A DNA stretch of 64,000 bases from an uncultured Methanosarcinaceae archaeon (GCA_963727895.1 CAVSHT010000014.1:32001-96000); one strand, 5' to 3'. Counted from the first letter of the stretch, positions 1 to 10,852 are shown. The notes: generated from the sequence alone by a model not told the origin. Made by a program: numbers and translations.

Positions 1-550
1 CAATAGCTTTCTTAACCATTGAGCGATAGTAATCCATATTAGTAGAATAATGTTCCTTTGCCAGTTTTGAGTTAGGATCTTTATCGGCTTCAATTTCTTT
101 AATTCTTTCAAGAGTTTGCTTTGCAGTGTCCAATATCCAAAGGTCTCGAGTTGCTTCGTTCACCTTCTCAATGGATTCAGGACGAATCGAGGTCAGGATA
201 TTTCCATCATCTGTTGTGTAGGTGCTGGTCTTACCTACAACTGCTACAAAAACTGGCATTTCGCAGTTGGAAAGGAACTGAGCTGCTTCTGGATGATACT
301 GTCCGGCATAGATTGTGAAAGAACCTGTAGGATCTGAAACCCTTCCTTTCCAGTATTCAGAATCGGTGCCGATATCTTCCTTTTCTATAAGTGTGCCTAC
401 AAGAAAGATGCGATTTACTTTAGTGCCTGTAGGGGTCAGGATATACTGTGGGGCATACTGATCACTTTCATCCTTTGAGACTAAATTCGAATCTTTAAGC
501 TCCTGGGCAAAGACCCTGCGAGCAACTTCCCTGTAAAAGTTTACTGCCAT
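1..550 (-). CDS. RPA-associated OB-fold protein (COG3390-like), runs off the left edge
   Basis: Not in the ORF track; translated by hand from ATG at 550: MAVNFYREVARRVFAQELKDS...LTPTGTKVNRIFLVGTL...GRVSDPTGSFTIYAGQYHPEA. Abuts the RPA stop codon. Confidence 0.85.
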   Translation of the reverse strand, partial: MAVNFYREVARRVFAQELKDSNLVSKDESDQYAPQYILTPTGTKVNRIFLVGTLIEKEDIGTDSEYWKGRVSDPTGSFTIYAGQYHPEAAQFLSNCEMPVFVAVVGKTSTYTTDDGNILTSIRPESIEKVNEATRDLWILDTAKQTLERIKEIEADKDPNSKLAKEHYSTNMDYYRSMVKKAI

Positions 551-1825
551 TTACTCCACCTCTGTTTCGTTGCTCATTTTCAGTTCAGTAAGTATTTCCT
601 CGAGTAATCCATTATCCAAGGAGGTTATGGGAGTAATCAAATCTGTAAGAATATAACGGTCAAGCTTGTGCCCGCTAGCAGTATAGTATCTGCCTATTAG
701 TTCATGTTTTAATTTATCCAATACTACTTCTGGATCAAGTGCATCTGCTGCCATCGCAATTGCACTTTCAAGAGAAAGCCCGACAAGCTCTTCGGTGATT
801 TCTCGATTGATAAGAATGTCCTGAGTGGTAGTTCCAGAGTCAAGGACAGCTTTTATCCTTAGGTCATATTCTCCCTTTATTTTCCCATGTTCAGGGCATG
901 ATGCCCCCTTAAGCAGAGCCCTCTTACATTCAGGACAGCGTTTTATAAGGCCTGAGCCTGTCTGGATGTCCACCATTGCTCCAGTATATGTGAAAGTAGA
1001 TGTACCGACTTCAATGTCTTCATTGAGCTCTTCTATAGAACTTGACCTGTTAAGCTGAATCTGGACTTTACCACCATATTCATTGACAACAACATTCTTC
1101 AACAAATAATTTTTACCTTCTTCCATGTCCAAAAGATCGGCACTGGCCCAGTTAGTGAATTTTATAACACCTGTGGGATCCCCAATAAGGCCGGCTTGCT
1201 CAATAGTTTTATGGGAGTTCTCCCAGAGCTGAACCACTTTTCCTTTGATGGTAACCCATTGACCCCCTACCAGGTCAACAATGTTTCTAAGTTCGGATTC
1301 CCTTGAAGTAGGTGTAAATTCACCGCCTCCGACTTCTATGTCTTCAGCTAACTTTTCTATTGAACTATTCTTGTTAAGCTGAACTTGAAACCTATCTTTG
1401 TACTCTCCAATGACAATGCTCTTAAAGAGATAACTTTCTCCTTGCTCAAGATTAGGCAATTCAGCGTTTTTCCATCCCGTAAACTTTATAATTCCAGTTT
1501 CATCTCCCAGAAGACCTACCTGAGAGATGGACTCGTGAGTGTTTTCCCAAAGTTGGATTACCTTTGCCTTAAGGTTGGCCCACTTTCCATTTTCCAAGAG
1601 ATCTATTATTTTGGTAAGTTGGGGTTCAGCCTGTCGAGTATAGAATTCATTTTTCGGAATTGAATATTTCTTTAAAAAGTAATTGGTCACACTACGCTGG
1701 GCTTCGTTTTTGGGAACCTTGAATTTTGTAATCATTTCGTCGAGTCTGCTTTCGATGTCTTCTAAAGACACATCGATGCCAAGCTTTAAAAATCGTTCTT
1801 TAATAAGGTTTGCAGTTTGCTTCAT
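551..1825 (-). CDS. rpa: Replication protein A (two OB folds plus C-terminal Zn finger)
   Basis: Two repeats of the KVxQLWE...GDxTGxIKFTxW OB fold; CPEC...CPEH Zn motif. Confidence 0.9.
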   Translation of the reverse strand: MKQTANLIKERFLKLGIDVSLEDIESRLDEMITKFKVPKNEAQRSVTNYFLKKYSIPKNEFYTRQAEPQLTKIIDLLENGKWANLKAKVIQLWENTHESISQVGLLGDETGIIKFTGWKNAELPNLEQGESYLFKSIVIGEYKDRFQVQLNKNSSIEKLAEDIEVGGGEFTPTSRESELRNIVDLVGGQWVTIKGKVVQLWENSHKTIEQAGLIGDPTGVIKFTNWASADLLDMEEGKNYLLKNVVVNEYGGKVQIQLNRSSSIEELNEDIEVGTSTFTYTGAMVDIQTGSGLIKRCPECKRALLKGASCPEHGKIKGEYDLRIKAVLDSGTTTQDILINREITEELVGLSLESAIAMAADALDPEVVLDKLKHELIGRYYTASGHKLDRYILTDLITPITSLDNGLLEEILTELKMSNETEVE

Positions 1826-2170
1826 TATTCTACCTCAAGCCTCTTGTTTATTTTTAAAGAGAGACAATTTATATTATGATTACACAGGATATAAAGCTAG
1901 GGAAAGCTGAATTAGAGTATTTTTTTCTCAAGGCAGAAGCATTTATGTAAGCTATTCTGTGACGTAATTTCTATTCATTGGTTATTATTTTAGGTGAAAT
2001 CGTTATCATTACATTGATCTTCACAAATTTTATCAAATTATTCAGTGAGTACTATAAAGTCTTCGTCTGCCAGCTAGATAATATTTTTTAAAAAGACAAC
2101 TATTAATGATACAACGAAAATGACACATTTCTTATAGATCAAATCTTAACCCAATACAAATAAAGAGTAG

Positions 2171-3277
2171 TTATGAAAAATCCAGAATAAGCGTCTGCCT
2201 CTCGTCTATTTCCTTAAGTTTTGCAACCCCTACACCCAAAAGTCTGAATTTTTTCCTTCCCTGAAATTCCGATAAGAGCTGTGTAGCTGTCCTTTTAATA
2301 ACAAAAAGATCTGACGTCCAAATCGGGATAGTTTTTGAGCGTGTATACGTGGTAAAGTCCTCAAAACGAACTATAAGGGTGACGGTTTTAAAAAGGAAAC
2401 GATGTTTCATGAGGGAGCTATGCACACTTTCAGTAAGCATTTCCAGAGATTTAGTAATCTTAACCAGATCGTTAGTATCTTTCTCAAAAGTCCCATGCCT
2501 GCTTATGGACTTTATGCTTTCTCTTTCTTGAACATCTCCAAAATCGAGTCCATTAGCCATCTGCTTCATCCTAAGACCCATTTTTCCGAATCTTTTCGAA
2601 AGCAGTTGAACATTATAGCTTGCAAGTTCTTCTACTTTAGTTATTCCCATCTCGTTCAAGGTTTCTGCGGTTTTATCTCCTATCCCCGGAATTTTTGAAA
2701 CTTTTAGAGGAAAAAGAAACTCTCTTGCATCTTCAAATCTGACAACTGTAAGCCCATCAGGTTTCTGAAAGCCAGAAGCAATTTTTGCAATGGGCTTATT
2801 AGGCCCAACACCTATCGAACAGGTAATACCTTCCTGTTTATGAACTTCATCCTTGATTCGAAGGGCGCAAATTGAAGCCTCTTCAAAATTCTTGATTTCA
2901 GGTCCTGGCACAATATAAGCTTTATCCACACTAACTTGCTGGAACTTTTCTGCAAAACCTCTCAAAAGTTCCATTATCCTTGAAGAAACTCCTGTGTAGA
3001 GTTTCATGTTCACAGGCAAGAATGCAGCACCAGGAAAGAGTCTATAAGCCTGGGATATTGGCATTGCAGAATGTATTCCATATTTTCTTGCCTCGTACGA
3101 ACAAGTACTTACAACTCCCCTGCCTAATCCGTCCTTAGGGTCAGAACCAACAATAACTGGTAATCCCTTCAGTTCTGGTCGTTCTCTTATCTCTACGGAC
3201 GCAAAAAAGCTGTCCATGTCTACATGGAGGATTATCCGCCTATCAAAATTATTTATTTCAAGATTGGAGGCAGGCAT
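2171..3277 (-). CDS. dinB: DNA polymerase IV (Y family); catalytic Glu replaced by Lys
   Basis: ILHVDMDSFFASVE, SYEARKYGIHSAM, KPDG motifs; SVDKAY instead of SxDEAY. Likely start is ATG at 3277. Confidence 0.9.
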   Translation of the reverse strand: MPASNLEINNFDRRIILHVDMDSFFASVEIRERPELKGLPVIVGSDPKDGLGRGVVSTCSYEARKYGIHSAMPISQAYRLFPGAAFLPVNMKLYTGVSSRIMELLRGFAEKFQQVSVDKAYIVPGPEIKNFEEASICALRIKDEVHKQEGITCSIGVGPNKPIAKIASGFQKPDGLTVVRFEDAREFLFPLKVSKIPGIGDKTAETLNEMGITKVEELASYNVQLLSKRFGKMGLRMKQMANGLDFGDVQERESIKSISRHGTFEKDTNDLVKITKSLEMLTESVHSSLMKHRFLFKTVTLIVRFEDFTTYTRSKTIPIWTSDLFVIKRTATQLLSEFQGRKKFRLLGVGVAKLKEIDERQTLILDFS

Positions 3278-3586
3278 TATTGTAAAATAGCATAGAACAT
3301 GTAAATAAGGCTTGAGAAAGTAGAATGAAAGTATTAACATTTTTCAAAAAAGGGCAGTGTGCCGATTTTGCCATGAGAGTACATGAGAAAAATATCCTCA
3401 CGTACTTTTTATGTCAAATCAAAAGTTTCCCTTTTCAACCATTTTTATAAAAATATTTTATGAAACGTTTCGGTTCTGTTTCAGTTTAACATCATCTCCT
3501 TACTTTATATTATGGGCTCTTCATACCGTTTCTTTATAGAAATATGCCTATTCAACCACTCGAAACGATCCTTAAATTTCAATAAA

Positions 3587-3992
3587 AAGTTCCCCCCTAT
3601 AGTGTTCCCCCTCTTTGTATAGTGTAAATGGTTGGAAAGGGTCTATCTATAATCGAAAAATATTCATTATCATTCGATTTATTTCCACTTTTTAACTTTG
3701 TAATGATGGCTATATATAACATTTTCTCTTCAATTTCTGGAAAAATCAATTCGAATAATCCTCAATTTTTCAATTCAGAAGTTCCCCTCTATAGTGTTCC
3801 ATTTTTACAAAAATATTTTTCAAATCGTTGCGGTTCGTTTCGCTTTAATTTTCATTCTATAACATTATGATAATGTCTCAATATACTGTTTTCTTCTCGT
3901 TACTTTATATGAAAACAGCTTTTTTGTTTCGCAACTGTCTTCAATTTTCGATAGAAAAGTTTCCCCCTATAGCGTTCCCCTATTTATATAGT
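3587..3992. repeat. Three spaced ~24-bp direct repeats AAGTTYCCCYCTATAGYGTTCC
   Basis: Copies at 3587, 3779 and 3957 in non-coding AT-rich DNA. Confidence 0.8.
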
Positions 3993-4280
3993 GATTTGTT
4001 GTGGAATCAAAATTATTCTAAATTATGTATCCTCTTAAAATTGTATGGGTAAAAGTAAATTTTATGTATTTGGTGAAAATTTAAAAATTTAACCAAGTCT
4101 GAGAAACAACCTCAAGCAATGCATTCAACTTTACAACTGTACAATAAAATTGTTGCGTATTTTTCGAGTTTGAAAATTCTCCATTGAATTTGAAGAGGAT
4201 ACGTTTAAAGAACATTTAATATTTTTAGGCATAATAAATTAAACAGGCTTTTTCCTGTTTTCTATTTTTTAAACTAAGAT

Positions 4281-4484
4281 GTTTTACTCTAAAAAGGGCA
4301 AATTTTGTCTGTCTGTCTGGTTCTCTCAGACGCATGTCTAGCTAATAATAGGTAACAAGACATGTTTTTCTACTGATGCTGATTTTGGCAGAGCAGACAC
4401 TAAAATGAGATAATATGTATAAATGTATAAAATAAGTAGACGCGTATTGTTTATACAGCCATAACAGGTTAAAGGCTGTCTGAG
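4281..4484. repeat. ~200-bp non-coding segment duplicated at ~42476-42676, rich in GTCT/AGAC
   Basis: Near-identical sequence at both places by eye. Confidence 0.85.
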
Positions 4485-5083
4485 ATACAGAGTTGTATTT
4501 ACGTATCCTCTTCAAATTTTATGGGTTTTCAATCACAGAAAAAAATGTATTATGTCAAGGCCGGTGAATAATTCCTCATTTTAGCCGGATTTAAATTCCC
4601 CAATTTCCAATCCTCAAGAGAAGTTTGGCTAAAATCTTTGGCTAAAATCTCTTTTTTCCATAGAAATTTTCAAGAATTTAGCCTACATTTTTGAGGGCAG
4701 GTTTCAACTGCGAAAAAATAAACACGTTTTGGATATATAAATAATTAAACACGTTTTGGATATATAAATAATAAAAGAAAAGAACAATAAAATACGGAGA
4801 CTTTTTTATATTATCGAAACATTAGTTGTAAAAAAGATTATTTTGGTAGGGTTCCAAGCTGCCAACGAAGAACCCTGACTCCCCTGAATATAGGAGAATA
4901 TCGTAATGATCAGTAGTTGTAATAGAGATAGCATTGCATATATATTTTGCGCACTGTATGATGAATACTGTTTTTATACAGGAGGCTTAAAATGAGCCTC
5001 GCTGATTATGTACATATAAAGTATATCCCTCTATTTTCTGATCCAGAATTTCTCAAGATCCTAGGAATGGGGGTAAGATATCT

Positions 5084-5767
5084 ATGATTTCCCTGTCAGA
5101 TATCAATCAAGCCTTTAAAAACGCATCTGAACCGGAAAGGATAGAATTTGTGGATTTGATTGCTCCTTATATGGATAAATTTGTAAACACCTCTTTTGAC
5201 GCGAGACTAGCAACTTCAGAGATAAGACCAGTTCAGAGACTTGCAGAAATTGAAACTGTTTTAGGAATTGAGGACTTTTCTTACGATGATGAAGACCATG
5301 AACCTACCATTCCTGAACAAATTACAAGGCTAAACAATATGGTGTCTAAAATAAACACTACATTAAAGCCTGAATTTATTGATAGATCTCTAATTTCTCC
5401 TTCTAAAAATATCACAGAAATTCGCGCTGATTTTCTCATTGAGTACATGAAAAACAATACTGACCTCCCCAAAGCTGCATCTCCTTTTGCAAACATTGAT
5501 ACTAGAATACTGGATTCAAGGGATTTTAAAAAATTCGTTGAAAATTATCTGCCTGAGGAGTACCAGCCTGAGTCTACAAAGAATCTTAGAAAGCTAAAAC
5601 GAGATGTTTTCACGGCAGCTGAAAAAAAATGTTCTACTAATAATATATTCATCGATAAAGCAGATCATGGAGTGAAGGAACTCAGATTGATTTTTGCAAG
5701 ACAAATTCCAGATGAAGAACTGCCTGCATGGATGACAAGAGTAACGGGAGCAACCGTAACTGCGTAA
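5084..5767 (+). CDS. Hypothetical protein, mobile-element type
   Basis: 227-aa ORF; a 31-codon ORF (4992-5087, GGAGG upstream) overlaps its start as ATGA. Confidence 0.6.
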   Translation: MISLSDINQAFKNASEPERIEFVDLIAPYMDKFVNTSFDARLATSEIRPVQRLAEIETVLGIEDFSYDDEDHEPTIPEQITRLNNMVSKINTTLKPEFIDRSLISPSKNITEIRADFLIEYMKNNTDLPKAASPFANIDTRILDSRDFKKFVENYLPEEYQPESTKNLRKLKRDVFTAAEKKCSTNNIFIDKADHGVKELRLIFARQIPDEELPAWMTRVTGATVTA

Positions 5768-6118
5768 CGGACAAGCCAAAAAGAAGGTTGAAAGCAAAAA
5801 CAAGGATCTCATGAAATCCTGATAATAAAAAGAAAAGCATTAAAAGATAAAAGTTAAGAATTAACTAAAAATAGTCTAAATTTGATACGGTTAGTATAGA
5901 ATATAAAAAATAAATAAGTAAAAAAAGAAATTAAGAAAACTAATCTTGAGATAAATCTTGTAAAGTACGTGACTTGGTCACAATAAGTTTCAATTGAGGA
6001 ATTATTAAAGGCTCAATGATTTTGAAGGAACCTAAAAAACTCAGTAAATTTACGATTTTTCTTAAGGGTTTTGTCTTGTCTGTAGTCTCGGACGCACAGA
6101 CGCTTGTCTATATATTAT

Positions 6119-6236
6119 TAGGACTTACGCACTTGAAGTCTAAAATCAAGAACAATCGACCTTGTGAATAATTTGGCGTTTTAGACAGTTAATAGTCTAA
6201 TGCTATTGATTTTGCAGTCCAACTGCGTGAGTCCTA
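6119..6236. mobile_element. MITE with TAGGACTTACGCA...TGCGTGAGTCCTA termini
   Basis: Imperfect 13-bp terminal inverted repeat, no ORF. Confidence 0.65.
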
Positions 6237-6321
6237 CTATATTCATAGTTGTTTTTGATACTATGCTCTACCTCGCAAATAAAAATGAAAAAAAGAAATT
6301 TGACTAAAAGAAATTTGACTA

Positions 6322-7341
6322 TCACTGTACTATTTCTATTTTATAAGGCTGTGCTGTGTTAATTTGAAGATAGTAGTCTCCAGCTCCTCTTTCTATTGTT
6401 GTATCGTTTCCGGCACCTATTATATTCGCTGCACTGTCTTTATAAGTTCCGTCAGCGTTGTATATATTTATTATAAAATTCATATCCCCATATTTCCCTG
6501 GTTTAGTTGCCCATGCTATCGTCCATTTATCAGAGGTGATATGGAAAGTTTCAGTATTTTTTATTGAACTTCCCGACCATTCCGCTACAACCTGAGGCTT
6601 GCTGTTCTCAGTAGTGTTAGATGGGTCCGCTGAATTTGATGAAGTGCTTTCTGTATCGTTTGAAGTTATTTCACTATCGGACGTTGATGTGGAACTTTGT
6701 TCTTCCAATGGATTTAGAGTATATGCCAGTTCCTTTGTCTCGGAATTTTCCACTTTTACTTTTTCATGTTGTGGCTCATATCCTGAGAGGTACGCGGTCA
6801 CAGAACGAGTTCCGGATTTCACAGACAACCCCTCGATTGGCGAAACACCTTCAGAAACTCCATCAACTGTGATAGTAGCACCTTCAGGATTTGTTACTAT
6901 GTTTAATGTTCCTCCGTTGATAGGAGTTGAAGTTGCTGCAGATGTAGAAGTAGATTTTTGAGTATTCTTTGCTGGAGTTGGAGTAGTCACTGGAGTGGAG
7001 GAAGTAGTATTTTGAGTTTCAGACGGAGTACTATTTACAGCCGACTGCCCACTTATTCCTGTAGAAGAATCAGCAGCAACTCCTGTATTTTGGGTTGTGT
7101 GTGGTGTTACTGCTGCTATTCCTAATATAAGAACAAATACAAGGACGAAGCGAATAGCTCCAGACATCTTAAGATTTATGCTTTTCTCGATTGGGTCAGC
7201 AATTGCAGGGATACAAACTATAGCAATCAATATACTAATTATAGCCCCTGCAATTTGACTTTGTAATAACGATCCAAAAGCAAGTAATAGGAACAACAAG
7301 CCTACAATCCATCTTATTATTTTTGAAAATGTAATTTCCAT
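6322..7341 (-). CDS. Membrane protein with PEGA domain and S/T-rich linkers
   Basis: N-terminal hydrophobic helices; GTLNIVTNPEGATITVDG...SGYEP PEGA motif. Confidence 0.8.
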   Translation of the reverse strand: MEITFSKIIRWIVGLLFLLLAFGSLLQSQIAGAIISILIAIVCIPAIADPIEKSINLKMSGAIRFVLVFVLILGIAAVTPHTTQNTGVAADSSTGISGQSAVNSTPSETQNTTSSTPVTTPTPAKNTQKSTSTSAATSTPINGGTLNIVTNPEGATITVDGVSEGVSPIEGLSVKSGTRSVTAYLSGYEPQHEKVKVENSETKELAYTLNPLEEQSSTSTSDSEITSNDTESTSSNSADPSNTTENSKPQVVAEWSGSSIKNTETFHITSDKWTIAWATKPGKYGDMNFIINIYNADGTYKDSAANIIGAGNDTTIERGAGDYYLQINTAQPYKIEIVQ

Positions 7342-7652
7342 ATTGATACATCTTTTATAAAATTCACCCTACACTTATTAAGTTAAAAAAGGAAATATTT
7401 CAGTTTTTCTAAAAATTTTTGTATTAATCGACTAATATTTTAATATTTTAAATATTGATAACATAGATAGAGTCCAAAATCCTAATTTAACATCGTTACT
7501 CTCTCGTTAACTAGAACATAAGACTCTATATATAAAATTTTTAATATTCATGATATAAGTTTTTTCTTTTGTTATAAAAACGAAATAAATATACACTTAC
7601 CTAAACTGATTTTATTTTGAAAAATTGTAATAAAATAAAAGGAGAATTACAA

Positions 7653-8066
7653 ATGTTGAAAAATCGTTTAGCGATGGTTATTATGGTAACATGTCTAATT
7701 TTGGGCACGGTTCCGTTTGCTCTAGGTGCTACAACTACAGCAAACACGAATGTTTATATCAGCACTTTATACGTTGGAGCACCTCATCAAACGCAAAATC
7801 AAGAATATGTTCAAATTAAGAATAAAGGAACAACGTCAGTAAATCTGAAAGGTTGGAAAATTAAAGATCAGGATGCGAAGCACACTTATACTTTTCCTTC
7901 ATATACGTTGAAATCCAAATCTACAGTAACTCTTAGAAGTGGAAGTGGTAAAAACTCTGGGAGCACGCTATACTGGAACAAAAATATTTTCATATGGAAC
8001 AATGAAGGAGATACTGCCTACTTATACAATGCTCAGGGGAAGTTAGTTTCTTCAAATAATGGATGA
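7653..8066 (+). CDS. Secreted lamin-tail-domain protein
   Basis: Signal peptide; EYVQIKNKGTTSVNLKGWKIKD and IWNNEGDTAYLYNAQG; GGAG before ATG 7653. Confidence 0.85.
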   Translation: MLKNRLAMVIMVTCLILGTVPFALGATTTANTNVYISTLYVGAPHQTQNQEYVQIKNKGTTSVNLKGWKIKDQDAKHTYTFPSYTLKSKSTVTLRSGSGKNSGSTLYWNKNIFIWNNEGDTAYLYNAQGKLVSSNNG

Positions 8067-8472
8067 GAGATCATAGAAGATTATTAAGTCTTTTTAACTC
8101 TTTCATCTTTATTACTTTTTTCATATTGAACTAATATTCAGAAGAGTTTCTTCTGCAAGTTTGATAGGTTAGTAAGTTGTATTTAAATTGTAAAAAATCT
8201 CGTGTTGTCGATGCGCAGGGGGCTTTGTGGGGTAAGCTTCCTGCAACTTATAATAGTAAATTGATCCTTGGCAATAGGCTTTTGACCTTCCAGTTTTTTA
8301 TCCATCTTTTGAATTTATAGAGTTTCTTGGTAATATAATGCACAACTTCAAAAGTTTTTTAAACTACTGCATCTTTAATGGTATTCGCTAGAAAAGAGAA
8401 GTTTATCCCCTCTATGTCCTCTTTTCTTTTATAACTCTGCATGATGTCGATTTTAACCTACATTTTCCAAGA

Positions 8473-8956
8473 TTACCAAAACTTCCACCACTTCTTATTT
8501 CCTTCTCCAGGTGCTTTAATGGCTTTTTGCTGGATAAGTGTCTGCATTTGCCTCATATAATTATCATAGAGATTTTTGATATCATCCTTATCTCTATGAG
8601 CTTGTTCAAGTTCCCCCACGAGGGCAAGATTATATTTTTCTAATTCAGTATTTTTAGCCTCTAATGCCCCAACTTTTACCCTCAGTTCTCCTGATAATGC
8701 CCCATTTTTATTCCTCACTTGCCCCTTCTTGTCCCGTTACCCTCCCTTGCCCTAATGGATCTCTATTTGCCCCATTGCTACCCTTTGCTTGCCCTTGCCC
8801 TTGCCCTTCTAAAACTAACTCTTATCCTGTTATTATTGTCTCAGTCCATGTTTTTGATCCTAATATTGATTCAACCTTATCATATAATTCTGGGGAAATC
8901 CATGCCCCAACTTTTTTTCTGTTGGGGTCACCTATCCGTTTCTTGCCCTCGACCAT
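8473..8956 (-). pseudogene. RHH + coiled coil + KKWWKFW-tail protein (nonsense codon at 8822 plus frameshift)
   Basis: MVEGKKRIGDPNRKKVGAWISPELYDKV...TIITG* then, in another frame, ...LEAKNTELEK...KKWWKFW. Confidence 0.7.
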
Positions 8957-9489
8957 GAAACAAAAATGTAAAAAGGAGTATGTAACGTTTTCGAACTGTA
9001 ATCTTTTGAAACCGGTAAAAGTATGAATTAATACAAATCTTGGCATATTTAGGAGAACCTAATTTTTAAATTGTTAAGACAATTGTGTAAATTTTAAGTA
9101 AATACATTTTATATTTGTATATTTTACAATAACTATGTGTTTCTTACCTTTTTTTGTTAAAGTACCGTATTGATAGGTCATAACTGCCATGTTCCTATAT
9201 ACTCTGAAATTACTCGATTTAGAAAAGTAATGTTTTTAATCGGTAACTTTGTTTTATAATCCGCTATATAAAATTTTGAATAAAATCGAAATGTTAATTA
9301 ATTTGCTCCTTAAATTATCTAACAAAATAAAGGAGATTGTAGAGTAATGGTTTAGGATTAGGATATTTTTTACCTAATTTTTCATTTGCGTTATCAGCAG
9401 ATTTTAAGGTTAACATTCTATATGCATGTGTTTTTTAATACTCGCTATTATAGCTGGTTTGAATCTAAAATATAACCCTAAATTTTGCT

Positions 9490-9885
9490 TTGAAGGAAGG
9501 TCTTCTAATTTTTGGTTTTATTAGTACTTTTGCTTTTTTGCTTTTTATTGTCATGACAATTGTCTTTGTTGGGATGGCATGTTTTTCTATTCCCAAATAT
9601 GGATATATGGATTATTTTGTACTCTCTTTTATCTGTCTCGTAATAGCGTTGATATTTATTGCTTATTTCATATATCTCATATTATACCATAGACGTAATT
9701 ACGGAACGTCCAATGGTGCTTATTTTATTGGTACGTTTGCAGTTTTGTCAATTATAGGATCATTTTACTGTGTTGAAAAAGGCGTTTCAGCAATACCTCC
9801 GGTAATTATGAGTGGAATTTTATTTTCAATTGGAGTCATCGTTGTAGTCTTTTTGGTTTTATTGTTCAGTGTTTATAATGAATGA
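9490..9885 (+). CDS. Hypothetical membrane protein, 5' end probably degraded
   Basis: Several hydrophobic segments; TTG start only. Confidence 0.45.
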   Translation: MKEGLLIFGFISTFAFLLFIVMTIVFVGMACFSIPKYGYMDYFVLSFICLVIALIFIAYFIYLILYHRRNYGTSNGAYFIGTFAVLSIIGSFYCVEKGVSAIPPVIMSGILFSIGVIVVVFLVLLFSVYNE

Positions 9886-10090
9886 TTTTTTATGCATATG
9901 CTCTTTGTATCACAATGTGCCCACTAAAGAAGACAAGGTGAAAATTAAACAGCAGGTTAAATATTAAGCTGCTTTTCGATAATACAGAAAATAAAAAGTC
10001 TTGGCAGATGTTCTGGACATGAACTCTAGGAAAAGTCACTCTATTTGAAATAAAACTGCTGCCTGATACAGAAAGGGTTATAGAACGCTT

Positions 10091-10165
10091 GATCAGGATA
10101 AAGGGAAACTTTCAAGTCCGGTTCTTAGAAAAGGGAGAGCGAGTAATCGCTCTTTCTTATTCAAC
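10091..10165 (+). mobile_element. Group II intron 3' remnant (domains V and VI)
   Basis: GATCAGGATAAAGGGAAACTTTCAAGTCCGGTTC is a 34-nt DV-like hairpin with GAAA loop, followed by GGGAGAGCGAGTAATCGCTCTTTCTTATTCAAC ending in AC. Confidence 0.75.
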
Positions 10166-10456
10166 ACTTCGTAGCGTCTAACTCATAATTTTACAATGGA
10201 ACCAAAGTTTCTTTTTGATTTATATAATTCCATATATATCTTTTAGTAAGGATAACTATAGCTGGGAAATATTTGGTTGATATACAGATGAATTACAGAA
10301 AAACTAAGAACTCAATTATCAAAGGATATTAGTGGGTGTATGGGTGGATGGAAATAACAAATAACATAAAAAAGCTGATTGCTATCTTAATAGTTATCTT
10401 GATGGTAGTCATGATGATTGCAATGTTGGGACCGATATGGATGAGATAATTATGAC

Positions 10457-10852
10457 GGTTCCGTTGCAAAAAATCTCAGAATAAGCATGTAAATCTATAG
10501 ACAATGAACAAAAGTTAAAATATTATAAAAGATTTATCAGTATTATAGAGCTATTCCAAATAATTAATTGATTACTGTTATTGTGATGGCAGTTTTGTAA
10601 ATCATAATTGACTATGCGTTTCTTACCTTTTTTAGCTCTTAACGATACGGTTATCGATAGGAAAAAATTTTTACCCAAAAATGAAATGGGCTTCCTGATA
10701 TTTAATTTTCACATATGCATGGTATTTTGTATTCCATAGTCTTTAGAATGACTTTTTACTAATTCGCTTAGCTCTGATTAGCCGATGTCGAAAATTTTCT
10801 TCGAGTAAACAAAATTGGATAAAATTTGAAGAAAATCCTTGACTTTTGGACA
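10457..10852 (-). mobile_element. IS6 right end fused to a dispersed non-coding segment
   Basis: GGTTCCGTTGCAAAAAA inverted repeat plus IS6 3' flank; related pieces at 18654-18821, 25945-26146, 9130-9178 and 40550-40790. Confidence 0.7.

Noticed and set aside
116..337. Plus-strand short ORFs
   Set aside because: Shadows of the minus-strand RPA-associated gene.
3587..3992. CRISPR-like spaced repeats
   Set aside because: Spacing of ~180-190 bp is far too long and the copies are degenerate.
4719..4772. 27-bp tandem duplication
   Set aside because: Only two copies; likely local slippage.
4848..4877. Hairpin AGGGTTC...GAACCCT as ncRNA
   Set aside because: Short stem, single copy, no supporting family features.
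8210..8240. GC-rich patch as oriT or double-strand origin
   Set aside because: No relaxase or rolling-circle Rep nearby and no recognisable nick site.
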